DNA of 63,716 bases, the filler included, from Lenisia limosa (taxonomy: Eukaryota; Protista; Breviatea): assembly GCA_001655205.1 (NCBI GenBank). It is 11 parts of 11 records of this genome, joined end to end, with 100 filler letters (N's around TTAATTAATTAA, not from the genome) between each part and the next. Parts side by side here need not be neighbours in the genome. Positions count along the whole stretch, not along the records: positions 1 to 3,303 come from LPNZ01000671.1; positions 3,404 to 6,879 come from LPNZ01007776.1; positions 6,980 to 16,966 come from LPNZ01006613.1; 8 more parts are not named here. One strand, 5' to 3'. This document shows positions 1 through 11,514 of this stretch, in pieces. The translations under genes were made by a program, and so were the position numbers. The notes under the pieces are model-generated. The model made no database searches, was not told where the DNA came from, and was given only the letters and a program-made list of their open reading frames with translations. The first letter of the stretch is position 1, and every line of letters begins with the position of its first letter.

Positions 1-20
1 GTGAAGGAAGATGGGAAGTG

Positions 21-90
21 TAAAATTAGAAAATTAATGAAACAAAAGTAAGGAAAATTTACGAAACAAGAAAGCCCAAAATCGAATATG
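21..90 (+). repeat. Dispersed repeat family B, partial copy
   Basis: TAAAATTAGAAAATT...GAAACAAGAAAGCCCAAAATC matches the left half of copies at 13511, 14150 and 61422. Confidence 0.6.
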
Positions 91-140
91 AAGGAAGTGG
101 GGTGGGGGGTGGGGAGGAGTGGGTACCTAATTAAACCAAC

Positions 141-2587
141 CTCTCAGAACAGGTACAGACGGTTCATTGTAGAACATTTCCTTCATAGTAGCAGTGTAGG
201 CGGGGAGACGGAAAAGTTTTGAGAGCTAAACACTTAGTTTCTATCTACCTCACAACGTTATGTTGATGATATTGATTTAATATAGATTTAATATTCAATG
301 CAGCATGCAAAACTGTGATTCGTAATAGGGCTTCCTCCCAAACAAGACTGAATTTCTCGATAAATTCTTGATAAATATCGATGTTTTACTGGTCTTTTTC
401 GGACCGTAAAATTGCCCAAGTAATATAATAAAAAAAAGTGTATAAACAGCTTTGTAACGTGGAAAATAATAATAACATGATTGAGTATAATAGATGTGTT
501 ATTGTAAGGGGCTTCCCTATGGACCGAAAAAGAACGGCAAAATATCGATAATTATCATTTATCTTGAAAATTCAGTCTTTTTTGGGACCGAAGGGAAGCC
601 CTAGTTATTGCCCCCCCCCCCTCTCACCTTGGTACTTGCTGACTGCGGATTGCCTAGGCGTCTCTTGGTTTGTTTGAAGGTAAAAAGCGTAGGAATAAGG
701 TGCTGTGCGAGGGTGGTACCAATGATGATCTAAAGACATGAAGGGAAATGGGGGTGCGGTGCGGTGAAATTGGAAAATTTATGAAACAAACAAAAACAAC
801 CCAAAATTAACTCATGGAGTGTACAGGGGGATAGGAGGTAGATACATAGTTTAATGATGCTCTAAGAAATGAAAAACGAAAAACTGTACAACGGCGCATC
901 GACTTGGAATTCTAATTAAAAAGTTGAAGTTTACATTATTGACATGGAAATCCCTACTCGTCCCCCCTCCCTATCATATTCCTAAATGCCCCAATTATTC
1001 CTTATCCCCCATATTGCCAGTCATCTCGTACCTGGTTTTCTGGAGAGCTGTCCTTGGGAGGCGGACGGTATACTAAATCGTCAAACAAACAATACTTCCA
1101 AGTTGTGCTTTCTTTCTTTCTTCTTTTTTGGATTTCGAGGACGGTTTCAAACAAATTCAATGACTTATTATCAGTATCCCTTCAAAATCAATGTACCATC
1201 AGTATCCTCCCCATTAGTATTAAGACGAACCCAGTTTATAACACCGAATGAGATGGCTGGAGACCTAGAGCGCCGTAGCCCAATTCTTATCTACTATGTG
1301 CCTGTAATTGCGTTCTATCCCAGATCGATTTACAATTCAAAATCAATTTAAATGGCACCAATAAAAGTATCACCCTATGGCTTCACTTCGTTTCGAAAAT
1401 TTTCGAAGGTTTATCGAAAAATTCTGTCTTTTTTTCGAACCGAAGTGAAGCCATAGTCACCACTATTTACCCCCCCACCCCCCCCCCCAATACATTTGTA
1501 GGAGCGAATAAGATGACTGGAGATTTGCAAGAGAGCCCCGAAGCCCAGTTCAGGCCGTGGACTGCTGGGGTCGTAGAGGGCACCAACTAGGCAATCGTGG
1601 GGCTTCCCAGACCTGTGGGAGTTAAACGAAGGATTTTCAATGAAAAATATTGGTATTAAGGTACTAATCACGAAACGAATAATCTGAATAACCCAGTATC
1701 AACTCTGATGGCTACATGAGAAACACACGAGAGTTGAAAACAATTGTTTTTTGATGAAAGGTTCAAAAAATAATAATCAATAGTAATCAATAATAATAAT
1801 AAAAATGGATCCAGAAACAGATTTATCTAAAATCTCAAAGTAGAAAGGTGCAAAAATGATTGATAAAGTAAGGCTGAAATAGTGGAGTGGGTTGCCTTCA
1901 GCCAAGTACTCTAAATGTACCTTTGTGGAGTCTCCTTACCCAGTCCGAAGCTAAGAATACAACGCTTGGTGAGATTCCCGATTTTATAGTTCAATATTAT
2001 CCATCAACGCGGTGTGTCCGCTTTCTAATTATTGAATGGATTGTAGTCTCGAAGAAACCTTGTTTTTTTTTATTTATGAAAAGGTCTTCACCCATCCACC
2101 TGCATTCGAGAAGTGCTGCAACCCGTGTACTGGTATGACTTCCGAATGCATGAAGGACGGTATGTGATCTGCCAGCCGATGAAGTTCTTCAATTGGACTT
2201 GATGGCAATCCCAACGGAGTTAAGCATGGTTGGTACCCAGTTGTAGTAAAATAGTGTTACCGCACTGCAGAGCACCTGTCTTGTCATCAGCTCTTGTTTA
2301 TGCTTGAGTAGTAACTCGGTATTCGTATTCCTTCTGTGCAAGACCAGTGTGACCGAGTACATTAAAGTCCTGGGGCTGCTGTCTGGAGTCCAAGTCCAGG
2401 TTGACCTTAATTTGCGGCGAGTACGTAGAATGACTCTTCGGTCCTTCAAAGCGGCCCTTGCAGCCTTTGAATCAGGATTGTGAATGAAAAGCTCATGATT
2501 GATCTGGCTGCAGTGCTTGGTAGAACTAATAACGCATTCAGTATGGAATCTCCACTTACCCCACCCAGACCGAAATCTCTTGGGCAC
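141..2587 (-). CDS. Multi-exon hypothetical protein (fragmentary model)
   Basis: Exon-like blocks on the minus strand ending in GT donors at about 141-210 (LFRLPAYTATMKEMFYNEPSVPVLR), 628-700 and 1494-1615 (SGKPHDCLVGALYDPSSPRPELGFGALLQISSHLIRSYK), plus the 132-aa ORF 2189-2587; no recognisable domain. Confidence 0.4.
328..417. mobile_element. MITE family A, degenerate copy
   Basis: TA-GGGCTTC start; AAGACTGAATTTCTCGATAAA, AATATCGAT and GTCTTTTTCGGACCG core; right end decayed. Confidence 0.7.
509..601. mobile_element. MITE family A, full-length copy
   Basis: GGGCTTCCCTATGGACCGAAAAAG ... TCTTTTTTGGGACCGAAGGGAAGCCC-TA terminal inverted repeats. Confidence 0.85.
760..815 (+). repeat. Dispersed repeat family B, partial copy
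   Basis: GAAATTGGAAAATTTATGAAACAAACAAAAACAACCCAAAATT matches the family B left half. Confidence 0.6.
1378..1453. mobile_element. MITE family A, shortened copy
   Basis: Perfect 16-bp inverted repeat CTATGGCTTCACTTCG (1375-1390) / CGAAGTGAAGCCATAG (1441-1456), TA on both sides. Confidence 0.85.
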
Positions 2588-3347
2588 AGTAATTTCTGTC
2601 GTCGAATACAGTTACTTTGTAATTATTGTCTGTGGTGTTCTGACCTTTTTATCCTTTAGCTGTTATTAATCATCTTTAGAAAGGTTAAATAAAGGAATAA
2701 TTTTGACTTAGATATTATTTAAAAAAATTGAAAGAAAACAGTGGGTGAGTGTTCGCACTCAGGGGGTACGACTTATATTAGTATATCTGATGCCAGGGAA
2801 AAGTATCAAAATGAAAAAAACAGGGAGGTTATTTATTCTTCATAGTTAACACAATGTATTTGGCGTACCGTAGGAAGGTCATGACAGTGTCAAGAGCCAA
2901 GTGCATTCCAAGTCCGATACACTAGGTTGTTAAGGGGGAATTTGAAGGAACGTTAGTTTTCTTAGAAAGGTACACATTATAGTGTAAGAGACAAAATAAA
3001 TCGGTCGCAACCACTTAAGAATGTTGAATTAAAATAGTTGAGTATTTTTAAAGCAAGAGTATATGGCTACGTGAATGTTCTTAGGTAACAAATAAATACA
3101 TGGTGATACCAAAAGAACAGATTACCAAATGGTCAATAAAATTTAAGGATACAGAAAAATACAGTATTGGTGATGTAATTTTTTGCCAACCCTTTTAAGG
3201 AACTCAGCAAAGTAGTTGTTAACATCGACCTAGGGGGTGAGAGAAAAGAAGGGGGAGAGGGGTAGTGAGTTTCCTAAAATTCACAAAACCATAACCACAA
3301 AAANNNNNNNNNNNNNNNNNNNNNNNNNNNNNNNNNNNNNNNNNNNN

Positions 3348-3359
3348 TTAATTAATTAA
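3348..3359. other. Artificial scaffold linker TTAATTAATTAA (six-frame stop) inside a 100-bp N spacer
   Basis: The same 12-mer centred in Ns at 3348, 6924, 17011, 29193, 33838, 35861, 47680, 50135, 59621 and 62265; marks concatenation of unrelated scaffolds. Confidence 0.97.
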
Positions 3360-3403
3360 NNNNNNNNNNNNNNNNNNNNNNNNNNNNNNNNNNNNNNNNN
3401 NNN

Positions 3404-3500
3404 GTGGTGGTGATGGTGTTGATTGGTGGTGGTGATGGTGGTGGTGATGGTGTTGATGATGGTGGTGGTGATGGTGTTGATGATGATGATGGTGGTACAT
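3404..3500. repeat. (GGT/GAT)n trinucleotide microsatellite
   Basis: Mixed GGT/GAT/GTT triplet run at the scaffold start; source of the poly-His ORF. Confidence 0.85.
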
Positions 3501-3912
3501 GTTGATAAGGGGGGATATATATGTCAATAATAATGTGATGATGAGGCTGAGGATGGTGTTATTTTTTTTCATATGTTGTAGTCTCTGTTTTTATTTCTAT
3601 TATTTTTTTTATTATTATTATTTTATTTTTGTTCATATTTTATTATTATTATTTCTTCATTTCCAACTTACCCACCCCCCACCAGGTTGTGGTNNNNNNN
3701 NNNNNNNNNNNNNNNNNNNNNNNNNNNNNNNNNNNNNNNNNNNNNNNNNNNNNNNNNNNNNNNNNNNNNNNNNNNNNNNNNNNNNNNNNNNNNNNNNNNN
3801 NNNNNNNNNNNNNNNNNNNNNNNNNNNNNNNNNNNNTGACATTAACCTCCTACAAGTGGGTGCTTCGATTGTGCTTTTCTTCTTGCTGTTGTTATTCTTC
3901 TTTTGTTATTCT

Positions 3913-3985
3913 TGTTGTTGTTGTTCTTCTTCTTCTTCTTCTTCTTCTTCTTCTTCTTCTTCTTCTTCTTCTTCTTCTTCTTCAT
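3913..3985. repeat. (GTT)n(CTT)n microsatellite
   Basis: About 20 consecutive CTT units; source of the poly-Ser/Leu/Lys ORFs. Confidence 0.9.
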
Positions 3986-4258
3986 CATTATGTGATTGAA
4001 TGCCCCCACACCCACCCCAGAAATAATATTCCAAGTTCCCTTCATTTTACCAACTAGACGAAACTCTCCCAACGCGAAAACGAAATTTCCGCAATGCGCA
4101 CCAAAACCCATGAGGATATGGATTCTTTGGAAGATCGACTGGTTGGGAGTAATTGCTTGTTTTTTGTTTGGAGTTTCAGATTATTTGGTTCGTAATTAGT
4201 TCCTTTGCGCTAATACTCTTCACCAAAATTTCTTCCTTTTACCCCCCCCCCTCCCCAG

Positions 4259-4528
4259 AACCAGAGAATGACTGCCATGGGAGACATTTTACAGCAGCAA
4301 GGGAGGCAACTTCAAGTGGGTGACTGTACATACTATTGTGTCAGTTCCGATGGGTGTGCAGCAGAAAGTATTTCATTACTAACCATGCCAGCCGAGTTAT
4401 GATGATAGTTTTATAGTGTGGACTTCGGCCATGCACTCTTTCCACAATCATATTGCTTATCCCTTACCAGGTCATGCAACATGAGAATAATCAGTTCCGT
4501 CAAGACGAAGCCCGCAGACAGCATGTAC
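4259..4528 (+). CDS. Possible exons of an unidentified gene
   Basis: C-rich acceptor CCCCAG at 4258, then NQRMTAMGDIYSSKGGNFKW with a GT donor; a second block VMQHENNQFRQDEARRQH; runs into a gap. Confidence 0.3.
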
Positions 4529-4694
4529 ANNNNNNNNNNNNNNNNNNNNNNNNNNNNNNNNNNNNNNNNNNNNNNNNNNNNNNNNNNNNNNNNNNNNNNN
4601 NNNNNNNNNNNNNNNNNNNNNNNNNNNNNNNNNNNNNNNNNNNNNNNNNNNNNNNNNNNNNNNNNNNNNNNNNNNNNNNNNNNNNNNNNNNNNN

Positions 4695-4832
4695 CTCATA
4701 TCCACTCGTATGATAATTGACCGACAAGCCTCAATGATACTTTGATACACTCGGGTTGAACCCTCGTGTTATCTTCCTTCATCATTTCGACTTGAAAGTC
4801 GGTCATATGATCGTATCACTGGTGGATATGGG
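4695..4832. repeat. Dispersed repeat family F
   Basis: CTCATATCC..GTATGATAAT..TGATACAC..GAACCCT..TATCTTC.TTCATCATTT.GACTTGAA..T.GG.CATATG shared with 9105-9183 and 32191-32303; possible short inverted ends CTCATATCCAC/GTGGATATGGG. Confidence 0.6.
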
Positions 4833-5011
4833 TGAACATACGATGTACATGTATAAGGCGACCTATATGAGTGTTAATCCCAATATGAGTGTGAATCTGA
4901 TTTGTTTTTCTTAAAATTTTATGATAATTATGAATTATTTTTTTGAAAATATAGACAATTCCTGTGCTCCCCAGCAGTACATAGTTAAAAATATATAGAT
5001 TAATCAAGTTT

Positions 5012-6879
5012 TTACTTTCCCCTTGCACGTCCTCTTCCTCTTCCTCTTCCTTGACCTTGGCCTCGAGTAGCAATAGTGACAGGTTCAACATTATTAACAA
5101 CAGTTAAAGCGCGCTCAGCTCCTGCTTGAATATGTATTTCATCGTCTTTGGTCTTTTTCTTTTTTTGAGCTGCTTTCGTTGATTCGGCTTCCTCCTGCTT
5201 CCTTTTCTTGAGAAGATGTTGGAAGGCTTCCTTCTCAGACATCGTTGGTTTGATACAAGTCCTTCCATTTTCAGTCAGGTTATTCTCGCCAGCATTTTCC
5301 AATTGAATAGTGGGATCATCAGAAAACAGATTTGGATGATTAGACCAAAGTAATTCATCAGGATTCTCTTTCATCTTTTGTCTTGCTTCTTTGGTTTTCA
5401 AATCTGCCAAATCTCTGATATTAGTAACAGTTTTGATATCATCAAGATCTCCGTGTTTTGACTTTTCAAGGAATTTGAGTGTCTTAGGACTTGTCAATTC
5501 AATAGATTCGAGAGATTTTCTGCGTGGTGGGGTTAAAGGCTGGGTAACTGACTTTTCATAGTTTGTCTTTTTTTAAACAATTTTCGGATTGATGAAGAGC
5601 TTTCCATTTTCAACAAATTTTCCAACCTCAGCGAATCCTGCTCGGATTGTGTCAGGGTGAGTACATTCAATATAGGCTTTCAGAGAAGACTTGATGACAC
5701 AGACTCGAATTGCTCTCGCTTTATTGGGTGCATTGACATCAATTTTTTTTTTTTTGCGGTTTTCGCGCGCATGTTCTTTTGGAGCTTCTTTTTATAAACG
5801 CCAATAGGACCAACGTCCATCATTTGAGTGATATAAGAGGAATGTGAGGCTTTGGTAACACAGCTTATGTAATTTTGTCGAAGCATTATCATGGCAGATG
5901 GGTTCAGCCTTGATGAATGCTGATCGAGATCCAAAATAGCTGGAGCATTTTCTGACAAATTGTGCCGTTCACGAGCTGAGATCACATGAGGGATTAAGAT
6001 TTTCACAACCCAATGATAGAAGGTGTCGACACACTAAAGTATTAGTATTAAGTTAGTCACAAACCATCCATCCTTTTGGGCCAAAGAGGAGCTCGGCATC
6101 ATAGTCTTTAGCAGCTTGCATTTCTTCTTCACTAGCAGATTGGTTTGCAAGAATTATCAAAGGCCTTAATCGAGATCCGTCGGTCCTAAAATATCAATGG
6201 ATTGTTTTTTTTTTTTTTCATTTTGCAAATTTGATTCAAAACCTCTTACATTCCACCACTCATGAGCGAAGTGTGTTCCACTTCTCCAAATGAGTTTGTG
6301 ATTCCTTCTTTGACCATATCCTTATGCCTAAATGCGTAATTGTTGAGAAATAATACACAAAATGACAAAGTTGTGTATTAAAACATACCTCATAACCTTC
6401 ACTTTTGAGTCATCAGTGGCATCATTAAATGTCTCATCAGCATTAATGTAGAGAAGAGGGTGACATCCGTGCTTTGTGATGGTTTCAAAAACAGTTGCAA
6501 AATACTGCTGAATCTTGGCAGAGAGAGCATCAGTCATATATGAGGCGTCTACAAATCGAGGGGTCTGAACATTAGAAATAGCGTTTTCTACTCACTCCAA
6601 AATAAATATCCCAAGAAGTATGTCTTTTTATGAAGCTTAATACCCATTGATCAGTGAAATTTGGACACACTACACCAGGATGAAGTTCTTTAAACAAAGC
6701 TTCCCCCTAAAAATATGTAAAAAAAAAGAAAAGGCAAACAAACTTTGGAAATTAAATCGTTCAGTTCTGTGAATTTGTTCCAAAAATGAAAAAAAAAATT
6801 GCCCTATCAATTCTATGCAATTATATGTTTATTTGAGTCAAAACAGTCAAAATTGAGATAACTTACAGGCTGTGACATT
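5012..6879 (-). CDS. pogo/Fot1-type (DDE_1, CENP-B-like) DD35D transposase, spliced, 5'-truncated, possibly pseudogenised
   Basis: Spliced translation gives WVLSFIKRH (HTH end), INADET (D1), GMTDGSRLRPLII, GPKGWMCVDTFYHWVVKILIPHV, LDLDQHSSR (D2) and HSSYITQMMDVGPIGVYKKKL (D3, 35 residues after D2). Introns at 6707-6866, 6565-6595, 6328-6388, 6186-6249 and 6034-6064. Frame change in an A-run near 5743-5755 and an in-frame TAA near 5573-5575. Confidence 0.88.
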
Positions 6880-6979
6880 NNNNNNNNNNNNNNNNNNNNN
6901 NNNNNNNNNNNNNNNNNNNNNNNTTAATTAATTAANNNNNNNNNNNNNNNNNNNNNNNNNNNNNNNNNNNNNNNNNNNN

Positions 6980-7335
6980 AAGTGAGTGTGCGTGGTTCAA
7001 TAAAACAGCAGTTTTGATACTGTCTCCTTGTGCAGTGCCCACTAAGCGGGATAAAAACCTTGCGCTGGGCCAATTGCATTTAAAAACGCACTGTTGATTG
7101 CTTAAGTCTGTCTCACTTCGCCATGATGAATTCAACTCTGTTCTTTGAATGTCATCAATACCGTTTCCAATAAAGTCGAAGACATCCAGAAGGGTCGTGT
7201 TTTCATGAACGGCATCGATCAGGTCACCAATACTGTTCCCCCTGGTTTTGGAGGGTATTAGATTAACTACTAAGGATCCCCACTCAAACATAATGTCAGG
7301 ATGTATTGAGAATAACGGAAGGGCACCGATGAAGT
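6980..7335 (-). CDS. Possible RNI-like leucine-rich-repeat protein fragment
   Basis: GNSIGDLIDAVHENTTLLDVFDFIGNGIDD resembles the NxIGD...NtTL..L.L..N.I LRR pattern; short and weak. Confidence 0.3.
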
Positions 7336-7650
7336 GCAAACATCTATCCAAAAAATATAACCATAACAGAATCTTTGCATGTTTTATTTCTTTTTAGCAA
7401 GCCTTCCGGCAACCACTTTGCTATTTTTATTTTATTTTCTCTTGTATTTCACCCTCTGATTGTACCAAACACTTTGTTCGGTATGATTTGCATATTTGTT
7501 AAATTGAGTATTGTACATCACATTACCCTCCACCACTTGTTTAATGTGTTAATCTGTGTTGCTTTTATGGGGGGTGGGTGGGTTAAGATTATTCGGTTTG
7601 TTGATAAGTACCATACCGCTATCATTCTTCATCGACATTGTTTACCCCAC

Positions 7651-7776
7651 CCAGAAGCGACTGGCCTTGGCCTTTTTTGTTTTGTTGTTTTCAGTCGTTG
7701 TCCCTAATGCTAGCCAACAAAGTTGATTTGGGCTTTTTTTTTGTTGCCAACATTTTCCATTTTACCCCCCCCCCCC
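7651..7776 (-). repeat. Dispersed repeat family B, near-full copy ending in poly-C at a gap
   Basis: CAGAAGCGACTGGCCTTGGCCTTTTTTGTTTTGTTGTTTTC...GCCAACAAAGTTGATTTGGGCTTTTT...TTTTCCATTTTACCCCC. Confidence 0.8.
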
Positions 7777-8605
7777 NNNNNNNNNNNNNNNNNNNNNNNN
7801 NNNNNNNNNNNNNNNNNNNNNNNNNNNNNNNNNNNNNNNNNNNNNNNNNNNNNNNCTACCTTTACTTTGCGCATTTGCACAGTATATCAACAAGCGACGG
7901 GGGAGAAACAGTCATAGGCAAGACAGAGTGGCTGAACCGAGATAATGGGTTGGTGGAGGGGATGGGGTTAGGTTCGTGCAGTGATGTCTTATTTCCCAAG
8001 TTGTTTATCAAAGGGATGATACAGTTCAATAATTCTATCTACCATATCATGCATCTTGTTCTTTTCCAAGTACCACTTCACAGAAATAGTATTTCTAACT
8101 TTCGCCAGACCCTTCTCGAAGCTTTTTGCCACAAATATTGCGTTTTCTGCATTCTCCTCCATGGCCGCTATACTCACCGTTGTCGCTGCGGTGCTATATA
8201 CAAAGAGGTGAGTATTGGGTGCTTTATTATTCTATTCTATCCATCTAAAGACGTATATTCTGATTTTTGGTTTTTCATAGACTGTGCGGTTTGGATTCCT
8301 TTTGTGTTTAAATGTGTTCCATTATTTTCGAGTTAAATGCTTGTGGTTTTTCTTTCTTTTTTTTTTGACAAAATTCACTCCCCCCAGCCCAAGTTTGAAC
8401 TGGAGTCAAGCTTTGGCTTTCGTGTCATGTGGTAACACCTTCATTGCGCTGTTCTACTATGCAACCGACCTCAGAAACGCCCTTGCGGTGAGTTTTATTT
8501 TGAAAAATTAAATCAAATTGAATTTTGAGAAAAAAGTGAAACTTTCTTATGGTCCCAAATCGACTAGTTAATATCGAAATATTTAGGCTTTTTGAATCAT
8601 AGGTA

Positions 8606-8701
8606 GGGCTTCCCTGCGGTCTGAAAAAGACTGGTCAAATATTGATATTTTTCGAGGATTTATCGAGAAATTCAGTCTATTTTGGGACCGTAGGGAAGCC
8701 C
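8606..8701. mobile_element. MITE family A, full-length copy (96 bp)
   Basis: TA-GGGCTTCCCTGCGGTCTGAAAAAGAC ... GTCTATTTTGGGACCGTAGGGAAGCCC-TA. Confidence 0.88.
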
Positions 8702-8726
8702 TAATCATAAGAAAACCTTAAGGGTG

Positions 8727-8802
8727 ATTGGGTGAATTAATATTATACTACAATCCAATATCTCTGATAAGCGTGATGGCGTGGAGGGCTTCGGCCAGAT
8801 AC
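8727..8802 (+). repeat. Dispersed repeat family C (UUCG-hairpin element)
   Basis: GGTGAATTAATATTATACT.CAATCCAATATCTCT.ATAAGCGTGATGG.GTGGA.GGCTTCGGCCAGATAC, close match to 13138-13219. Confidence 0.8.
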
Positions 8803-9104
8803 ATTCTTCTTATCCATTGTTATATTACATAATATATGTAGCTATATAGGGGTACCAGAACACAATTGTCACAGTTTATGAAAAAGTATTCTTCTTTTTT
8901 GCGTAAGCGTTCTAATGAAACGTTATTCCACTACCATTATTGATGATTTCAGTACAACCCACGCCCTGCATACAGCATGATTGACGGCTACACTTCAAAC
9001 TTTGCGGGAAGCGACTCGTCAATTGTAGGTCAATTATATTATAGATATTGTATTTGAGCTCTTTTTTGTTCATATCACTTTTGTATCACGTTCACCTATT
9101 AACA

Positions 9105-9183
9105 TATTCTCTCTGATACACGCGCGTGGTGAACCCTGGTATTATCTTCGTTCATCATTTTGACTTGAATGTTGGACATATGG
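9105..9183. repeat. Dispersed repeat family F, partial copy
   Basis: CTCTGATACAC..GAACCCTGGTATTATCTTCGTTCATCATTTTGACTTGAATGTTGGACATATG aligns with 4740-4810. Confidence 0.65.
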
Positions 9184-9426
9184 TCACTTGTGGAGTTTTG
9201 GAAATATTGCACCACCTGTTATTCATGCAACTACACGATTTTTACGATATTAGACTGCGGAGGGAGCGGATGTTTCAGGGTGGTTTGCTCCAGTGGAAGG
9301 TTTGCAATTCTGAAAGCCTTTTTTTTTTTTTTTTTGNNNNNNNNNNNNNNNNNNNNNNNNNNNNNNNNNNNNNNNNNNNNNNNNNNNNNNNNNNNNNNNN
9401 NNNNNNNNNNNNNNNNNNNNNNNNNN

Positions 9427-9500
9427 CTGCAGAAGCGACTTGCATGAGCTTTTTTTGTTTGTTTTTTCAACCCTCGTGTGTTTCGAGATAACAGAGTTGT
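9427..9500 (-). repeat. Dispersed repeat family B, partial copy
   Basis: CTGCAGAAGCGACTTG...GCTTTTTTTGTTTGTTTTTTCAACCCTCGTGTGTT...ATAACAGAGTTG. Confidence 0.7.
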
Positions 9501-11514
9501 TTATTTATTGAGTTTCACATTTTCCATTCTCACCACTCCTCCAGCTTGGTGGCTTGTCTGCTTGTGCTGCATTTTGACGGCAATACTGGGTGTAGTCATC
9601 AAGCCGCACTCGCAGCCACACTACATTGAAATTGTCAATCGACAAGAGGTTTAGACTACGGTTTTTGTTTCTTTCTTAGCGTTGATGTAATATGTTTTCG
9701 GGATAGTCAAGTGTATATATGTAATAATGATGAGGAAATTTAGTTTTCTCCACCGAACCCGAAATGGTATGCCACTTTTGAAACTAGTTTCAAGGGGCCT
9801 GATCAAATCTAGTTCTGATCCAAATTTTAAATAGTCCTTTTGATAATCATATTTCGATATGATGACCTTCGAATGTCATCATAGCTATCCTTTATAAATT
9901 ACCATAAAGTTGTTTGCTTTAATAGTAAACCACAACTAATATAATTCACAACAAAAGTACGAAACATCGGTCTCAAGGAGGGAGAAGACCAACTTCCAAT
10001 CTGAGATCGCAAGGTTGCTGGATGGGGTTGTAAACATATCTTCCCATTCTGGCTCTTGGACCGCATTTCTATTCTAAAACACTACATGTAATGTGAGTAT
10101 TATATTCTAATTGGGTATACAATGGGGCATCATGATTTTAATTTGTTTATTTTTTGATAATATAAATATCTATATTATCAAAAAATAAACAAATTAAAAT
10201 CATGATATTTAACTTCGGTTCTGGAAAATATTGGCTTTGCCTGGGGGTCTTTGGCTGTTTTGGCAGCCTTGCAAAAAAATCCTGATATTGCGCTTCTTTA
10301 TCTTTCATGTACGAGAAAAGACAATCCGATAATTGTTCGCTTGAGCATGCAGCAAGGTCCACCGAGCCTGGAACTCTTCAAATGTTTTTGCATCTGTAAT
10401 TGCGATTTTAGTTTGCGCACCATCAACCAAAACCGCGAAAAGTTATGCACGGAGCACGGTATGGTCCTTTGACGCTATCAACCCTTTCGACCAGAAGCCT
10501 ACGCATTGGGAAAGAGTTACAAATAACAAATAAATTAATTGTGAAAGAACCAAGTGAACACACCACAAGAAGCGCTCTACCGCACCCAGGTCTCAACAAT
10601 GATACTCGAGGTTTGAACAATCCACGTGGCACCTCCACTTCGGCAGCGAAGATTACCGTCATTTGACATTTGGCCTGAATAGTGATTTGTATATTAAAAA
10701 AAGGACCAGGGTTGTATTGTGGATTGAATAATTACAAAATTGTCCGGAATAGTAAAAGCTCCCAATATATTTTGTAGACAACTATGCAACACTTTCCTCT
10801 TNNNNNNNNNNNNNNNNNNNNNNNNNNNNNNNNNNNNNNNNNNNNNNNNNNNNNNNNNNNNNNNNNNNNNNNNNNNNNNNNNNNNNNNNNNNNNNNNNNN
10901 NNNNNNNNNNNNNNNNNNNNNNNNNNNNNNNNNNNNNAATTCCAGTTTCCTAGACTGATACAAATATTACTATATATACTATAGCTATATAGTATTATAT
11001 ATACTACATACATACGGTGACTGGGATAAGTCTTGACAGATTTACCTTGGGAAATCACATTGCAAATCCAGTGACTATATATAGAAGATGCATGTACTAT
11101 GCACAGCTTGATATATTAAGTCATTTCCCAAACCCACCAGCAATACAGAGGCAGTTTGAGTTATATGTAATGGGACAGTTGTCAGGGTTCGAAGCGAGCA
11201 TCACGTAATGGTGTCCCCAGGTTGTGGTCAAATATCTACATTTGTTATTGATAAAATAGGAGTGAATTCAAAGATGAATACGGGAATACTACTTCAAAAG
11301 AAGAAGTAGTGAGGGAGTATCTGGTTAAAGTAGCAACAAGACTTACTTAAATACTCTCAACTTGCTATGAACGAAAAAGTTGCCCTAAATTGTGAAATGA
11401 AGAAGGGAACTTCTATTCCTATTGACAGTTCTAAAATGACAAGTTTACACCCCCGCACCCCATCCCCAGGTGATCTTCAACTCCCCCAAACACACAAGCC
11501 TGTATATATATTAC

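Noticed and set aside
3348-4111. Poly-His, poly-Lys, poly-Leu and poly-Ser ORFs, and all X-containing track ORFs
   Set aside because: Translations of microsatellites or read-through of N gaps.
5570-5580. Alternative genetic code (TAA read as Gln) suggested by the in-frame TAA in the pogo gene
   Set aside because: Clathrin, GCLM and the multi-TM gene terminate at TAA at the expected positions, and their Gln codons are CAA/CAG.
8168-8216. Outward-facing GGTGAGTAT donor-like 9-mers on both strands
   Set aside because: A single short inverted repeat matching a common donor word; compatible with chance.
8775-8802. Family C as a SECIS element or known snRNA
   Set aside because: It lacks the AUGA/GA core geometry and apical AA of SECIS, shows no match to recalled U1/U2/U4/U5/U6 motifs, and occurs in introns and in both orientations.
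10147-10666. MULE-like transposase remnant (AKTFEEFQARW, FLWCVH)
   Set aside because: The motifs are short, lie in different frames and lack a recognisable DDE core; not supportable without a profile search.
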